Origin: Selaginella moellendorffii
Lineage: Eukaryota > Plantae > Lycopodiophyta
NCBI RefSeq assembly: GCF_000143415.4
Contig: NW_003314292.1
Coordinates: 37,064 to 101,063, forward strand
Reading direction: 5' to 3'
DNA: 64,000 nt
Below are positions 1-13,280 of the stretch, in pieces. Within the stretch, counting starts at the first letter, position 1. Every line of letters starts with the position of its first letter. The notes under the pieces were generated by a model. That model saw only the letters and a program-made list of their open reading frames with translations. It did no database searches and was not told the origin of the DNA. A program made the position numbers and the translations under genes.

Positions 1-146
1 GAGCTCAAGAAGAACAAAAAACCTACAATGATTATAACTTTTTTAGATAGTTTATATACTTAGTTTTAGTCTTGGGAATGAGGTTTATTTATTATGACAC
101 TGACAATATTCAGATTCTTTAAATGTCAGTCTTGGAAATGGGGCTT
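1..146. repeat. AT-rich dispersed repeat; inverted copy at about 44552-44698
   Basis: The reverse complement of 44552-44698 aligns by eye with 1-146 (shared atgaggtttatttattatga...cagattctt...ggaaatggggctt). Confidence 0.7.
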
Positions 147-1174
147 TATAATCATAGCTTTCTTGTAAACATAAGAGCTTCTAGAATTTTAGATTATCGT
201 GCATACACATGCTCTATCAGTATGATGAATCCTACTTTGCTACACATATATTCTTTTCTACACATGCCAAATGTCTAGGGAAATAAATTACAAGGAAATA
301 TAGACCACATTATAGTGGTAGAGCACGTTAGCACACTACCATTCTCTCATGTGAAATTGCCTTTCAGTCTTGGAAATGTAGATAAAGTTGATTCTTTAAT
401 GTGATATTACTTTTGAGTCTTTCGAAAGATTTTGATTTCTTTTATCATTATTTACAAACAATTCCCAAAAACTTTTAATGAGGATTCACTACAAAATATA
501 CCTTGGTCTTATCATATGAGAGGATTGCGATATAGGCAAGCAATAAAGTTTTTAATATGAATTAATATGTAAATTACAAATGTCATGGAAAGTTTTATGG
601 AGTAGATTTCTTGGTGCTTTTTGCTATGCTGTTCATTTCCTCATTTCTCTTACTCTGGACTGTTGTTTAGAAGTAACAGGAGCATTTTTATCAATCGTGA
701 TAGTGGTCTCTACATTCCCAAATGGGTAATAAGGACTAGGAGTGTAATATAGAGATTGTGGTAGTGAAACAAAATTAACATTCTCACATTCCTTTGCACT
801 ACAACTCTTACTCACAGATCTTGTATTTTCCTTGTTTCCCATCTTCTCAAGAACCCTAAAAAAATCTTTTGAATGAAGAAATAGTATTTACAGCTGTAAA
901 AGTATTCAAAATATTAAGTAGTCAAATCAAATATAACAGCTGTAATAGTTGTCATAATAAAATAATATAGTTTTATAAAAGATAGGTTCTCATGAACTTT
1001 GTCTTTTTTAAACAATTCAATCTTATAGAAACTTTTAACTTAGATATTACGTATTTTAATATTTAAAAGTTTGCTAAAACCTTCATTTTTTCAATTTAGA
1101 TCTCCTTTGTAATATTTCTTATTGACTATGTTAACTTGAGTTGACTTGTGTTGAATTGAGCTCAACTCAACTTT

Positions 1175-3235
1175 GGACCATCCCCGAAAATGCTATCCCA
1201 CTTCGACTTCATTCCAAGCCAAAATAAATGTGTCTCTATCAGAACACATGTCCTCAATGTCCTGCACTTGGTGCAATGGACACTCTTACAGAATCCACTG
1301 TAAAAGAACATCATCTCTAGGAACTATAGCCCAATTCCTCTTGACTAGGAAACCATCTCGTATATGGAAGGAAGCACAATCGCATTGGAAGAGGCGTCCC
1401 CCTTCAAAACAACTGCACATGCCTTCACTACAAAGGAGTCGAAGTTAGCAAGCTCCTTAATTTCATCCAGCAAACCATTGGAGAGCTTCCCAAACAAGAT
1501 AGAGTTCACCATCCTAGACAATGGAGAAACAACCACCTTTATTGTCTACTCCTTTCAGAAACAGGAAAATTGTCTTAAAGAAAAGTTGTAGATCTTGGAA
1601 AACCTAGCAACTTTGCTTTAAACATCAATCTTCCGAATTCACAAGTAATCTGCGGTTAAAATTACCCTTTGACTTTTACTTGGGAATCCCTGGGAAATCG
1701 GTTTTCATCACCTTAAACCCAGAGCTAAAATCCTCTGGTGGTTTGGAATCTGCACATCCATTTCCTGCAAAAACTCCAGTCAATGAGCTAGCCGGCCTCG
1801 AAGCTCCATCTGGCGAGTGAAAAGAGTGACAAGTGGTAAAGTTATCCACATGAAAAATCCAAACCATACAGATAATGCCTCCACTCTTTGACCGCAACAA
1901 CTACAACATACAACTTCCTATCCCGAGTTGGCAGTTCAGCTAAGTTGCGTCAAACTTGTGGCTTATGTAGGCAATAGGACAGCAGTCTTGCACCAAGACA
2001 GCTCCTATACCCTCATCACTCACCTTGTTAATGAAAGTATGTGTAGCACCAGAGTCAAAGAGGACATTGAGCACTTGGCTATGCACAACTCATTGCACAA
2101 ACAACTGTACAGCTCCGATCAGTTGATGCAATTCTTCTTCACTCCTTCAGAAATCTTAGTGACAGCAGTGTCAGCTAGAACATGAGTAGATACATTCTCT
2201 CCTTGGTCCACACTGACACCCATGGCCTCACTAGGATCAGAAAGAGAAAAGGACTCATGAGCCATACCCTCTGAATGCATAGACTCCATAGCGTGAGCCT
2301 TAGCCTTCTACCACAAGTGGCTTATCACAAGCAAATATCTGTAGAATATACATGATTGCTTTAACCGCTCAAACGCTTCTTGACACTTTCACCCCACACC
2401 AATTTAGCATGCTTGGTGGTGTTTCAAAGAATATCCATCAAAGGAGCAAGGAGAAGTCCTTCACAAACTGGCAAAAGACTCCCACCATACCAAGGAAACC
2501 CATGCACAGTAGGGGGAACAAGCTAGTCAACGACTATCTGAGTCTTTTGAGGATCTTCCCGCATACCATCTCGTGGCACCACATGTCCAAGATAGGTGAT
2601 CTCCTCCAAGAAGAACTCATGCTTTGACAGTTTAGTTTGACAGTTTAGTTAGCTTGTTCTCCCTCAATAGTGGCAACATTTGCCTCACATACATCTCATG
2701 TTCCTCCTTAGTCATAGGACATCATCAAAGTAGTGCCTTGCACATGAGATTGCATAACTCTATCAAAAGAACTGTTTGATAATAGTTAGCCTTGGCCATC
2801 ATATGAAGCAACATCTTTGCTGAGTTAGAAAAGACTCCTTGAGCATTCCAAAGCTTCAAAACAAGATAGTCAAAGGATCTTAGCTAGCAATAAGTTGTTC
2901 TAGCATGGCTAGTTTTCTTTTGATTGATTCTTCTTAGTTGATTTTGTATTGTATTGCCATTCATTGTGATGGAACGATGTACTCGAGTGGTGTCAAAGCT
3001 TCAAGGCTGTAGGTGAGCTTGAATGGTGTTGAATTTGTTGAAACCTTATATGCAGTTTGATATGCCTACAGGGCATCGTAGATGTGATCATCCTAGTCTT
3101 TCTGATTTATTTTCACAATTTTCATGAGGATGTTTTTGAGTGTCTTGTTTGTAGACTCTGCTTAACTGTTGCCTTGAGGGTAGTACAGTGTTGAAGCCTG
3201 TGCTGTGAAATGTGTTGTTATAAAAAATTTCTATT
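1175..3235 (-). mobile_element. Degenerate Ty3/gypsy fragments (protease, RT C-terminus, integrase piece)
   Basis: Minus-strand LNVLFDSGATHTFIN aspartic-protease motif near 2030-2075 and a GFLGM RT motif near 2490. The 2950-3200 segment resembles the integrase piece at 52270-52520. Many stops. Confidence 0.6.
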
Positions 3236-5054
3236 GTGTCTAAATGCTCAACCCAGTCGTGTTAGTCTGCCGCGACATAGTACCACAGCTAATCCTCAAC
3301 TTGAGCATTCACGCGTTCAGTCTGCCCATTAGTCTGAGGATGATAAGTTGTACTAAATTTCATCTTGGTACCAAACAGCTGGAACAGTGTGCCCTAAAAT
3401 TTCCCTGTAAACCTCGGATCTCTATTTGAGATCATCTCTTCGGGAAGACCACAAACTCGCACTACTTCATGGAAAAAGAGCTTTGCTGCTTGTTTTGCAT
3501 TCACTGTTCCCACAATTGGAATGAAATGTGCAATCTTTGACAACCAATCCACAACCACCATCAAAGTATCATAACCCTTAGATTTTGGCAATCAAGTGTC
3601 ACACTTTGAAATGGCCATGTCGGTGCTGGAATGCACTGTAACTTTCTGGCCTGCTTCTCAAATCTGCACTTACATTGCTGGCATATAGGGCAGGAACAGA
3701 CATAGTCTACTACATCACCTTCCATACTAGATCAGAAAAATCCCTTTTTCAATGAAGCCAGAGTCTTTCGCTTCCCACCATGTCCCGCTGCCGAAACATC
3801 ATGATGTTCCCTTAGAAACAACTGTTGCAGATTCTTAGCAGGAAGATACAATCTTTCTAGCTTATAGAATATAAGCCCATCCCGAACTGAGAAGTGAAGC
3901 TTCACATTGGTTCGATTAGCAACTTTTGCCGCTTCGTTACCAGCGTCCTGCTTTGACAACTCCGCATGGTGTAAGATTGCCTTCGCTAATGGATCACTTC
4001 CATATGAAGCCCAAACATCCTCTAACCAGTCTGAACTGACTGCTGATTTTGCCCGGAATTGAGCTTGACGACTCAATGCATCCGGAACAATATTTTCTTT
4101 ACTAGGTTTATATATGATTTCAATATCATATCTAGCAAGCTTCTCTTGCCAATGAGCCTACTTTGGCGTAACCTTAGGTTGCGTAGCAAAGTAGCTCAAT
4201 GTGTTACTATTTATATAAACCTTGGTGTGTCCACCCAAGTAATGTCTCCAGTGTTCTAGGGCTGATACTATAGCAAACATCTCTTTCTCATGTGTTGGCC
4301 ATCTTCGTTGAGTTTTATCCAATTTTTTGGAATAAAACGCAACGGGACAACCATGTCGCCTTAGTGTAACACCAACCGCTTTGTCACAATCTTGCTGCAA
4401 CACGGCACCAATAGCATAGCTTGACGCATCCCAATGCACTTCGAAGGGTTTATCAAGATCTGGGATCTTGAGAATAGGAAACATAGTCAATATCTCCTTC
4501 AACCATACAAAAGCATGCTGACAAGCTGGTGTCCAATGAAACGGAATACTACTCTTTGTCAACTCAGTCAATGGAAGAGCAATTCTTGCAAAATTGCAGA
4601 CAAACTTGCGATAGTATCCGGCCAATCTGAGAAAGGAATGAACATCTGATACAGTGGTCAAAACTTCCCAGGACTTTACCGCTTCCACCTTCTTTGGGTT
4701 GACTTCAATCACACCACCACCAACTATATGTCTGAGAAAGTTTATGTGCAATTGACCAAAAGCACATTTACTTTCCTTAGCATACAGTTTGTGTTCACGC
4801 AACTTCTGAAACACCAGCTCCAAGTGTTTCAAATGATCCTTCAACGTTTCACTAAAGACTAAAACATTGTCAATATACAGGACAACAAATGCATCCAAAT
4901 AATCTCTGAATATTCTATCCATCATAGTGCTGAACGTTGCTGGAGCATTGCATAACCCAAACGGCATGACAAGGAACTCATAAGATCCGTACCAAGTCTT
5001 AAAGGCTGTCTTCTCCACATCCTGATCTGCCACCCGTATCTAATGATACCCGGA

Positions 5055-7737
5055 TGTAGCGCACATGGTTTTGATCCTTTATCCTATGGTGATTTACCAT
5101 AGGATAACACTATGAAGCAGAACCTAAACCCTCTTTATGCCACATGATACATGCCACGTGTCCAAAGGACAGTGACGTGTAACCCGAGGTTTATGGCCTT
5201 GGGCCACTGAACGAAGGAACGGTGCCAAACTGCCAAGCACGGAGCTAAGGAGCATTAACACTGGAGCACGGAATGACTCCCGAGCATATAACCCAAGGAG
5301 CGAAGGAACAGGGGCCTGAAGCGACTTGGAACAGTCCTAGAGCAACCAACATCCCATTGCTAGGACCAACACGCAAAACGGAGCCAAACGGAGTCTGGCA
5401 CTATTTCGGCATACTGGTGGCCTAACGCAAGGACATGGGTACTCTACCAGCTAGCTATGAGACACAAAATCCCTAGGCCCCAAAGTTGAGCCAAAAGAGT
5501 GCCACGTGGTAGTGGCCAAAGCGAAAGCCAAACGAGTGTAACACGTTTGGACTAAAAGCTCCGACTTGAAAGGTCGAGAGTGGGAGTGGAACTCCCAACA
5601 AAGTGCTCGAGGAACAAGCACAAAGTGAGCAATAAGTGAGGCTCCAAAAAAGGGACCCAAAGGACCAACACATGACACGTGGAAGTGAACGAGGTGAAGT
5701 CCAAGATGGACCCGAGTTGGAGTCCGAGGTGGAGTCCGAGATGGACCCGAGAAGGACCTGAGATGGAGTCCAAGATGAAGTTCGAGATGGACCCGAGATG
5801 GAGTCCGAGATGGACCCGAGATGGACCCGAGATGGAATCCGAGATGGAGTCTGAGAAGGACCTGAGATGGAGTCCAAGAAGGACCCGAGATGGAGTCCGA
5901 GGTCGAGACCGAGATGGGGACCGAAACCGAGACCGAGACCGAGATCGAGACCAGGACCGAGACCGAGACCAAGGTTGAGGCCGAGACCGAGCCCGAGCCC
6001 GAGTCCGAGTCCAAGTCTGAGAGGGTGAAAGCCCAAGGTGTTCGTCTCCCAAACCCTGGGGGGTTTGGTGAGCTCCAAAAGTATAGTAAGGGGGAGGACT
6101 ACAGTGGAGCCAGTTTGGCCAAGAAAGGCCAGTTTGGCCCAGAAAGGCTGTATCTAGTGTTGGGTGATGAGCTACCCACTGGGAAGTCCAAGACTAAAGT
6201 GAATGCTGACCGACAAGCAGGGTAACTTGGTGAAGTGTTCAAGAGCCGGCTCTAGTTCCCCCGGGAGATCGACTGGCTGATGCTCCCAGTCCAGGTGTGG
6301 GTGGCACTACCTACTTGGATACCTGGTGTGGCTCAATGGAACCTCGCTCTAAGCCCATGGCTAGAGCACCCAAAGACAGAAGGTGGGGAGAGTACCCATG
6401 AGGCTCGCATAAGGCGATGGTGTTCCGAAATATTGTCCCAAAGGCCTAGACTGTGGAAAGGAAGAGGAGTAATCCTCTGGTGTAGTGACCAAGGATACAG
6501 TCGAGTGGCGAGGAAGTCCTAGAGGACTGTGGGACTTAGTGGTCGGGTCTGTGGGCCTCAGTCTAGTGGCAGTGTTGGCAAACACGGCCATGGGCAGAAA
6601 GGGACTTGGTAGGGACCAAAAAAGGAATATTGGGGAAGGCTAATCCCCATATCTGTGGGCATCCTAAGGATGCTAAGGAAGGGATCTGGGATGATCACTT
6701 GTGGATGGATGGCCCAGTCCTTGAGAGACAGGACTGTGATGCAGGTGGTGTCAGACCATTAGTGTGACCAAGGTGAATGGGCATGGTTTTAGCATAACCG
6801 GCTGATATGTCGGTGGTACCTTCGGGTGTCAGTCATGGGATCGGACATGTGGAGCATTTGGAGCAAGTGCAAAGGTTGAGTGGCGGGGATGCCATTCTCA
6901 GGGCTAGCAAACCCAAGTCCAAAATAAGACTTATGGAGGTTGCGAGTGAGACTCCTCCAAGTGGTCGAAGGTGTGGTTAAGTGACTAAAGTAGAATGGAA
7001 AATTTAGTCACTTACACTAGCATGGAATGGAACTTGGCCGGATGCAGAATAAAGATAGGCACACAAGCGGGAGCTAGACTATACCTCAAATTGGTTGGCC
7101 ATGCCTGACCTACCCACTATCCCTACTATACATTTAGAACCCCCACAACCCCCCCCCATTGAGGAACACATGCTTTGGGATTTCACCCCAAGCCTCCCTT
7201 AGTATCAAGAGTTAATCTCTGGGACAAACTCAAAACTTATTAAATATGGAATGGCGCTAGATTGTGAATTTGGACATGAGACAAACACCATTATGTTCAA
7301 GCCGATCTCTACATTCCGTAGATATGCCAAATGAGCAAATCTGGACACTTTCCATAAATAGTATTTGGGACCAAAATGAGACTAACACAAAGGGCATGAT
7401 AGCGAGGGTGTTTGGCAGACACGGTAAGCTATCATTTAGCGAATATTGAGGGACCAAGCTCAATATCACGGGGGTTCCCAACACTAGTAAGTGCAAGTCA
7501 ACGAATGAGTTTCTCTAACTAGGTCAAGTATGCTTGATTAAATAGACACTTAATAATTCCTTCCTTATGCTCATCTGCTCAAGTGTACACGCAAAAACTA
7601 GTTTCTCAACTAGCTTAGGCGGAGACTGATAACAGGTCTAGCAATACCAACCTCTTGCCATCGTGGTAGTAAAGAAAGAGTGTCCGTAAGGACTAGCCGA
7701 CAGGTAACTTTCGATACCTAAAGTCACATTTGCGACA
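5055..7737. mobile_element. Solo LTR, 2683 bp, inserted in the RT of the host gypsy
   Basis: TGTAGCGCA...TTTGCGACA termini with a perfect 5-bp TSD CCGGA at 5050-5054 and 7738-7742. Host RT (YFTRLDLWSG / RVADQDVEKTAF) joins across it. Related LTR segments at about 10975-11275 and 31927-32330. Confidence 0.85.
5700..6015. repeat. Tandem 12-bp and 6-bp repeats inside the solo LTR
   Basis: Repeated gagatggacccgagatggagtcc units followed by (ccgaga/ccgagc)n. Confidence 0.9.
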
Positions 7738-7927
7738 CCGGACCACAAATCAAGTCGCGTAAAATACTTAGTCTTTAAGAGTTGGTCAAACAAGTCATCA
7801 ATGCATGGCAAAGGATAATTGTTTTTAACCGTGATCTTGTTGAGTGCCCGATAGTCAATACACATCCTTATGGTTCCATCCTTTTTCATAACAAAAAGGA
7901 CCGGCACTCCATAAGGTGACTTGTTTG

Positions 7928-8519
7928 TGTAAGCAATCAAAGGGAACGACTCGAGAACGATCCATAGGGGTTCAAATATAGAGGGAAAGGGCCCATGAAC
8001 AAGAGTGCACCCCCTTTTCCAATCGGTTAAGGGTCTTGGGATACTTGGGGTTAAGCGTCCTTGGGTTTGAATAGTACTGGGCTGGGTGACCTCTCGGGAA
8101 GTCCAAACTCAGGAGTTTACATTTGGTATCAGAGAGGTCTCGGGTCCGACTCTGTTGGTTGGCTAGGGGAATCGCACCACATGTTGATTGACATCTGGCT
8201 GGTCCAGTTTGCTCCGCTGGGCTCGACCCGAGGGGTAGGGTGTCAAGAGAGCGGGGCTCTCGGGAGAGCTGCGGCTCTCAGCTTCCGTTCACGAGGGCGT
8301 GAACTTGCAGGGAAGCGTGGTGGATTGTAAGCAATCAAAGGGAACGACTCGAGAACGATCCATAGGGGTTCAAATATAGAGGGAAAGGGCCCATGAACAA
8401 GAGTGCACCCCCTTTTCCAATCGGTTAAGGGTCTTGGGATACTTGGGGTTAAGCGTCCTTGGGTTTGAATAGTACTGGGCTGGGTGACCTCTCGGGAAGT
8501 CCAAACTCAGGAGTTTACA
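7928..8519 (+). mobile_element. Cassandra TRIM copy 1 (5S-rRNA-derived LTRs)
   Basis: 194-bp LTRs at 7928-8121 and 8326-8519 (TG..CA, identical by eye), PBS TGGTATCAGAG (tRNA-iMet) at 8124, purine-rich PPT before 8326, TSD GTTTG/GCTTG. Each LTR contains the 5S-like GTTAAGCGTCCTTGGG...AATAGTACTGGGCTGGGTGACCTCTCGGGAAGTCC. Confidence 0.93.
8050..8104 (+). promoter_or_regulatory. 5S rRNA-derived internal Pol III promoter region (A box to C box) in the Cassandra LTR; repeated in all six full LTRs
   Basis: Matches the central-to-3' part of plant 5S rRNA (GTTAAGCG..CTTGGG...TAGTACT.GG.TGGGTGACCTC..GGGAAGTCC). Confidence 0.8.
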
Positions 8520-9752
8520 GCTTGGTCGGATATGACCTTTGTCAAGAAGCTCTATGAGTTGCTTCTTGAGTTCAGCCATCTCCTTGATGTTCAATCGATA
8601 CGGAGCTTTCATAGGTGGTTTAGAACCCGGAATAACCTCAATCAGATGATCAACCTCACAGCTAGGAGGTAGCCCTAGTGGTAAATCCTTTGGGAAGATA
8701 TCCTGATTCTTCGCCAACAACTCCAATATCTTCTTTGGTATAGAATCAACCCCGTCACCGATTCGAACTGAATCACCAACACCCTTAGCCTCCATCACTT
8801 GAACCCAAAAGGTCCAACATCCCCTCTTAGCTACTTTTTGAGTAGTCAGGAACTTTGCATCCCAATCCTTTGAGGAACGCTTTTGCAACTGGAAGGACAC
8901 ATCGGGACGTCCTTCGGACTTCAACATGATACGACTTTGTCCAGCACCATAAATCCTTTTTAAATATTTATTGAAGAAGTCCATACCAAACACCATCTAA
9001 AAATTTGGTATCTTCAACACTACCAAGTCCACTCTTTCTTTCCACTTGGATATTTTTATTGGAACATCACTCACAAATTTTCTGGCTACTTGCCCACCTT
9101 CCGCAAATCGGAAGTGTATAGGTGATATTTGCTCAGGATTCAATCCTAACAACTTAACTAAGTGTTTGGATATCACGCTGTGCATAGCTCCCGTGTCAAT
9201 CATCATTCGGATTCGGTGTCCACAGACAAAGCCTACCAAATACATCAACGGATCAGTGTTTGCATTGACTGCGAGAAAAGCTTGAGGAAAGCAACGAAAG
9301 TAACTCACCTCCTCTTTCTCATAGTCTACATTGACCAACTCGTCAACCCCTTCAGCTTCACCACCACCGTCTTCCCTCATAACATTAACACGAGACCTTG
9401 TCTTATACTTGTTGGGACATTCCGAGGACTTATGTCCTAACTCTCCACAATGGAAGCAATGACCCACACTACCTGTTCCACTAGGAGCAGGTTTTGTAGG
9501 TTGCTGCTACTCGTACCCACCAAGAGGAAAAACAGAGGGCCTAGGACCAGAAGAAGCTGCTGGTGGTTTCCAACCACCACCACCACCTTTGTTAATCGTT
9601 GCTTGTGAGCCCCCAGAGCGGAACTTGCCTTCCATCCTCTATTTCCAATCACCTTGTTTATTCCCAGAATTCTTATTCTTGTCTAAGGTACCAACATATG
9701 GTTGCTGATATTGTTCCATGAGTGAATGGCTAAAGGCAACTTGTTGTGCTGC

Positions 9753-10345
9753 TGTAAGCAACCAAAGGGAACGACTTGAGAGACGATCCATGGGGTTCAA
9801 ATATAGAGGGAAAGGGCCCATGAATAAGAGTGCATCCCCTTTTCCAATCGGTTAAGGGTCTTGGGATATTTGGGGTTAAGCGTCCTTGGGTTTGAATAGT
9901 ACTGGGCTGGGTGACCTCCCGGGAAGTCCAAACTCAGGAGCTTACATCTGGTATCAGAGCGGTCTCAGGTCCGACTCTGTTGGTTGGCTAGGGGAATCAC
10001 ACCATATGTTGATTGACATCTGGCTGGTCCAGTTTGCTCCCGCTGGGCTCGACCCGAGGGGTAGGGTGTCAAGAGAGCGGGGCTCTCGGGAGAGCTGCGG
10101 CTCTCAACTTCCGTTTACGAGGGCGTGAACTTGCAGGGAAGCGTGGTGGATTGTAAGCAACCAAAGGGAACGACTTGAGAGACGATCCATGGGGTTCAAA
10201 TATAGAGGGAAAGGGCCCATGAATAAGAGTGCACCCCCTTTTCCAATCGGTTAAGGGTCTTGGGATATTTGGGGTTAAGCGTCATTGGGTTTGAATAGTA
10301 CTGGGCTGGGTGACCTCCCGGGAAGTCCAAACTCAGGAGCTTACA
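9753..10345 (+). mobile_element. Cassandra TRIM copy 2
   Basis: LTRs at 9753-9946 and 10152-10345 (2 differences seen), PBS TGGTATCAGAGC, perfect TSD GCTGC at 9748-9752 and 10346-10350. Inserted in the host gag. Confidence 0.93.
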
Positions 10346-10736
10346 GCTGCCTCCTTACACTCCAGGTATGTCTTCGGCTTAAACTTCAAAATCTCATTAC
10401 GAGAAAGTGAATTTAAACCCTTCAGGAAATAATTCCGAGCATTTTCGTCACTCATATTTGCAATCATAATGCACTTCTAAGCAAATGCATTAATGTAATG
10501 CATGAGGTCCCCTCGCTGCTTTAATTGTCGCAGCTCCGCACAAAGTCTCGAACCAAAATCATCCGGCAAGTATTTCTTACGGATACGAGACTGCATCTTG
10601 GTCCAACTTCTAGTCTGCCCTTTTTCAACACACACCTGGTGCCACCAAGTTTTGGCATGATCAATGAGAAAGGATTGTGTGCACACAACTTTCGTATGAT
10701 CATCTACATCTGCCGCTATGAAATAATTTTCCATAT

Positions 10737-11275
10737 TGTAGACCCAATCTTCCCAAGCGCAAGTTCATACAATATGGTACAAAAAGGTAACCAAAATCCA
10801 TACCCAAAGAATGAATGCGAAGTTTTAGCACCTAAATATGTACCCACTTGGATCATTATTTTCATCTTTACATATGCAACGAGAATAATTACCCAATTTT
10901 ATTGGATAGTACTCATTAAGACTCATCCTCTGATATCAAATGTAGCATATGTGATTTTCACTTTTTATTCTATAATGATTTACCATAGAATAACCATAAA
11001 GCAAAACCTAAACCCTTCATATGCCACATATCACATGCTATGTGTCACATGCCACATGTCCAAGGACAGCAGAGTGAAATATGAGTTTCTGGGCCTTAAA
11101 CCACTAAATGAAAGAATATAGCCAAACTCCTAAGCATGGAGCTAAGGAGCAAAGGAACTGGAGCATAGAATGACTCTTGAACGTACAACTTAATAAGTGA
11201 AGAGATAGAAGTACAGAGTGACTTAGAACACTCTTAAAGCATTCAACATCTTAATTCTAGGACTAGCACACAAAA
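10737..11275. mobile_element. LTR fragment related to the 5055 solo LTR family, truncating the host gag
   Basis: Starts TGTAG at the gag break; 10975-11275 aligns by eye with 5090-5380. Confidence 0.6.
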
Positions 11276-12624
11276 TCTTGAGATCTTGAGATGAATGTAT
11301 GAATTCATATCACCTATATCCATAAATGCATTTATATACTCTTAAATAGCTTTTATCTAACCTAGCTTATTTAGCTCATTCTTTAGTAGTATTTAGGGGA
11401 ATATAAATTGCTATAGTTCTTCAAGTGGGCATTGGTCCTTTGTTGGATTTTATTGTTCTCCATTAAGAATTAACATAATCTGTTAAATATGATTTTGCAC
11501 ATATAACTTTTTCCAAGTTTGGCAACTGTAACACTGAGAAATAATACTCTATATCATCCACCACCATATAGTTATAAACTCCTTTAAGGATTTGTGGAGG
11601 TTTTGGTTTGTATATAGGAATTACTTATAGAATAAATTCCACCTTAATTTGTTCAACTTTTTATGATTCTACTTCAATATTAGCCAAAGGTTCCTCATCC
11701 TATGTACTAAAAACCTTTGTAAACTATTGTCTTTTCTAATCACACTTTAACTTGCATATAAGACTCTTTAGTAGAGTATTGGTATATATTACTTATTCTT
11801 CTAAAGTGTCCAATCAAGCCTTGGATAACAAAACTTCACCCAAAATCACGTTTAGATGTCTCCTTACTAGAATTCTCCTTTTATATGGATTCTTCATCCA
11901 CTGCTTTTTATTTTACTTAAGGCTCTAGTTTTATAAATTTACTTTTGCTCGCTTATGCCTTGCCTTAGCCATCTCTCAATGATTTATCTCTATCTTTTGC
12001 TAGAACTAGGAAAAAAACTTTAAACTATGATTTTCTTCTTGTAATTTATTAATTTACTTTGTCTATCCAACCACTTTTGCTTTGTTTATAATTAAATTCT
12101 CTTGCCAAGGTCCATTTTTATTATACCAACTCCTACTTAATCTTATTTGGCTTCAACTACTCATTGCATAAACTTAGCCATCTCTCCAAAAATTCCTATA
12201 GAGGATCCCCAATCCAGAATAATTGGATTTATAGTTTTGCTACATATTTTGTAGCACACTAAGCCTTTGATGCATTTCATAGTTCAAGACTTTAAAAAGA
12301 AACATTATGGCTTAATGGCTCAATATAAATATTTTAACTCTCTACCTACCGATGAGCCTTATAATACCCAAGTAGGGCACCACTCCACTTGAATGAAGAG
12401 CACTTTAAACAGTTTTCCTTTTTTGAGTGGGAACTACTTTTAAACATTTCTTTGAAAGGCTTTGTTAACACCCTTCAAATTCATGTTCATTCTCACCCAA
12501 GGCTACTCCCTAACCCCAATATAGTTTAAAAGCACCTTTTGAGTTTTTTCAAAACTAAATCCTTAACCTTACTATCTTTATTACACTTTTGAAACCCCTT
12601 ACTCTCATTCGATTGCACAAGAAA

Positions 12625-12725
12625 GTTTATAAGAAAAAGAAAGAAAGCAAGAAACTCAAAGATGAGTATAAAATAATTTCTTCTAGCCTTTCTTGTTGAT
12701 TCTATCAACTGAATTTTGCACCATT
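12625..12725 (+). pseudogene. 5' fragment (upstream region plus signal peptide) of the lectin-chimera family
   Basis: aagaaaaagaaagaaa...tttcttctagcctttcttgttg...tcaactgaatt matches 14860-14945. Confidence 0.55.
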
Positions 12726-13115
12726 TCAGCTTATTCAATTTGGTGCTGAGATCTTTGAAACATCTGATTTGCATAGTTGAATTGGCTGCAATTAAGACAC
12801 CCTTGGATCATCACATTCAATCATGGTCAAGAAGATGAGATTCCACTGTGGCATTTTTTTTAAAGAACATCCAATAGAAGAACAGCAGTCCTTGGGTAAG
12901 TGTTGCAAGCATGATATTGAGTAAATGTTGACTGTTGGAATGCTAACTGCTACCTTGCACATCCTGAGCCACACAAACATTTGGATGACAAGAATCGCAA
13001 GAGATGTGCTCCAGCTCGAGCTGCTCCTATTGATCTGGGTGCCTCAGCAAGGGGAGTTTATGCTCCTCAATCATTCATGGAATGGAACTGTAGTAAAGCT
13101 TTAAAATATTCTTCC

Positions 13116-13280
13116 TGGATTCAGCTTCATTGGTGTGCCAGTATGGAGCATGTCAAACTTGTAATGCTGGTAGTGTTTAAGTACAACACATAACAAATAT
13201 GGATTCAGCTTCATTGGTGCGCCTGTATGGAGCATGTCAAACTTGTAATGCTGGTAGTTTCCAAGTACAACACGTAACAA
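13116..13280. repeat. 84-bp tandem duplication (2 copies)
   Basis: ggattcagcttcattggtg...aagtacaacac occurs at 13117 and 13201. Confidence 0.9.

Larger units (their letters stand above)
3240..10736 (-). mobile_element. Ty3/gypsy internal region (gag, Zn knuckle, PR, RT, RNase H, integrase), decayed, host to three nested insertions
   Basis: Gag (10477-10734), CFHCGELGHKSSEC knuckle, IDTGA protease, RT (NNYPLP..DDL, KTAFKT, VMPFGLCNAPATF, YIDNVL), RNase H (DASSYAIGAVL), and integrase HH/VVVD..SK.AHF motifs, in gypsy order. The reading is continuous once the insertions are removed. Confidence 0.92.

Noticed and set aside
5451-6225. Several overlapping low-complexity ORFs (SR-, LG- and ET-rich)
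   Set aside because: They result from the stop-free 6/12-bp tandem repeats inside the solo LTR.
8050-8104. 5S rRNA gene
   Set aside because: Only an internal part of 5S, lacking both ends and embedded in LTRs; it is Cassandra sequence.
11280-12520. Possible inverted symmetry of LINE-like remnants flanking the gene island (with 29100-30540)
   Set aside because: Similarity is too weak to establish by eye; a dot-plot is needed.
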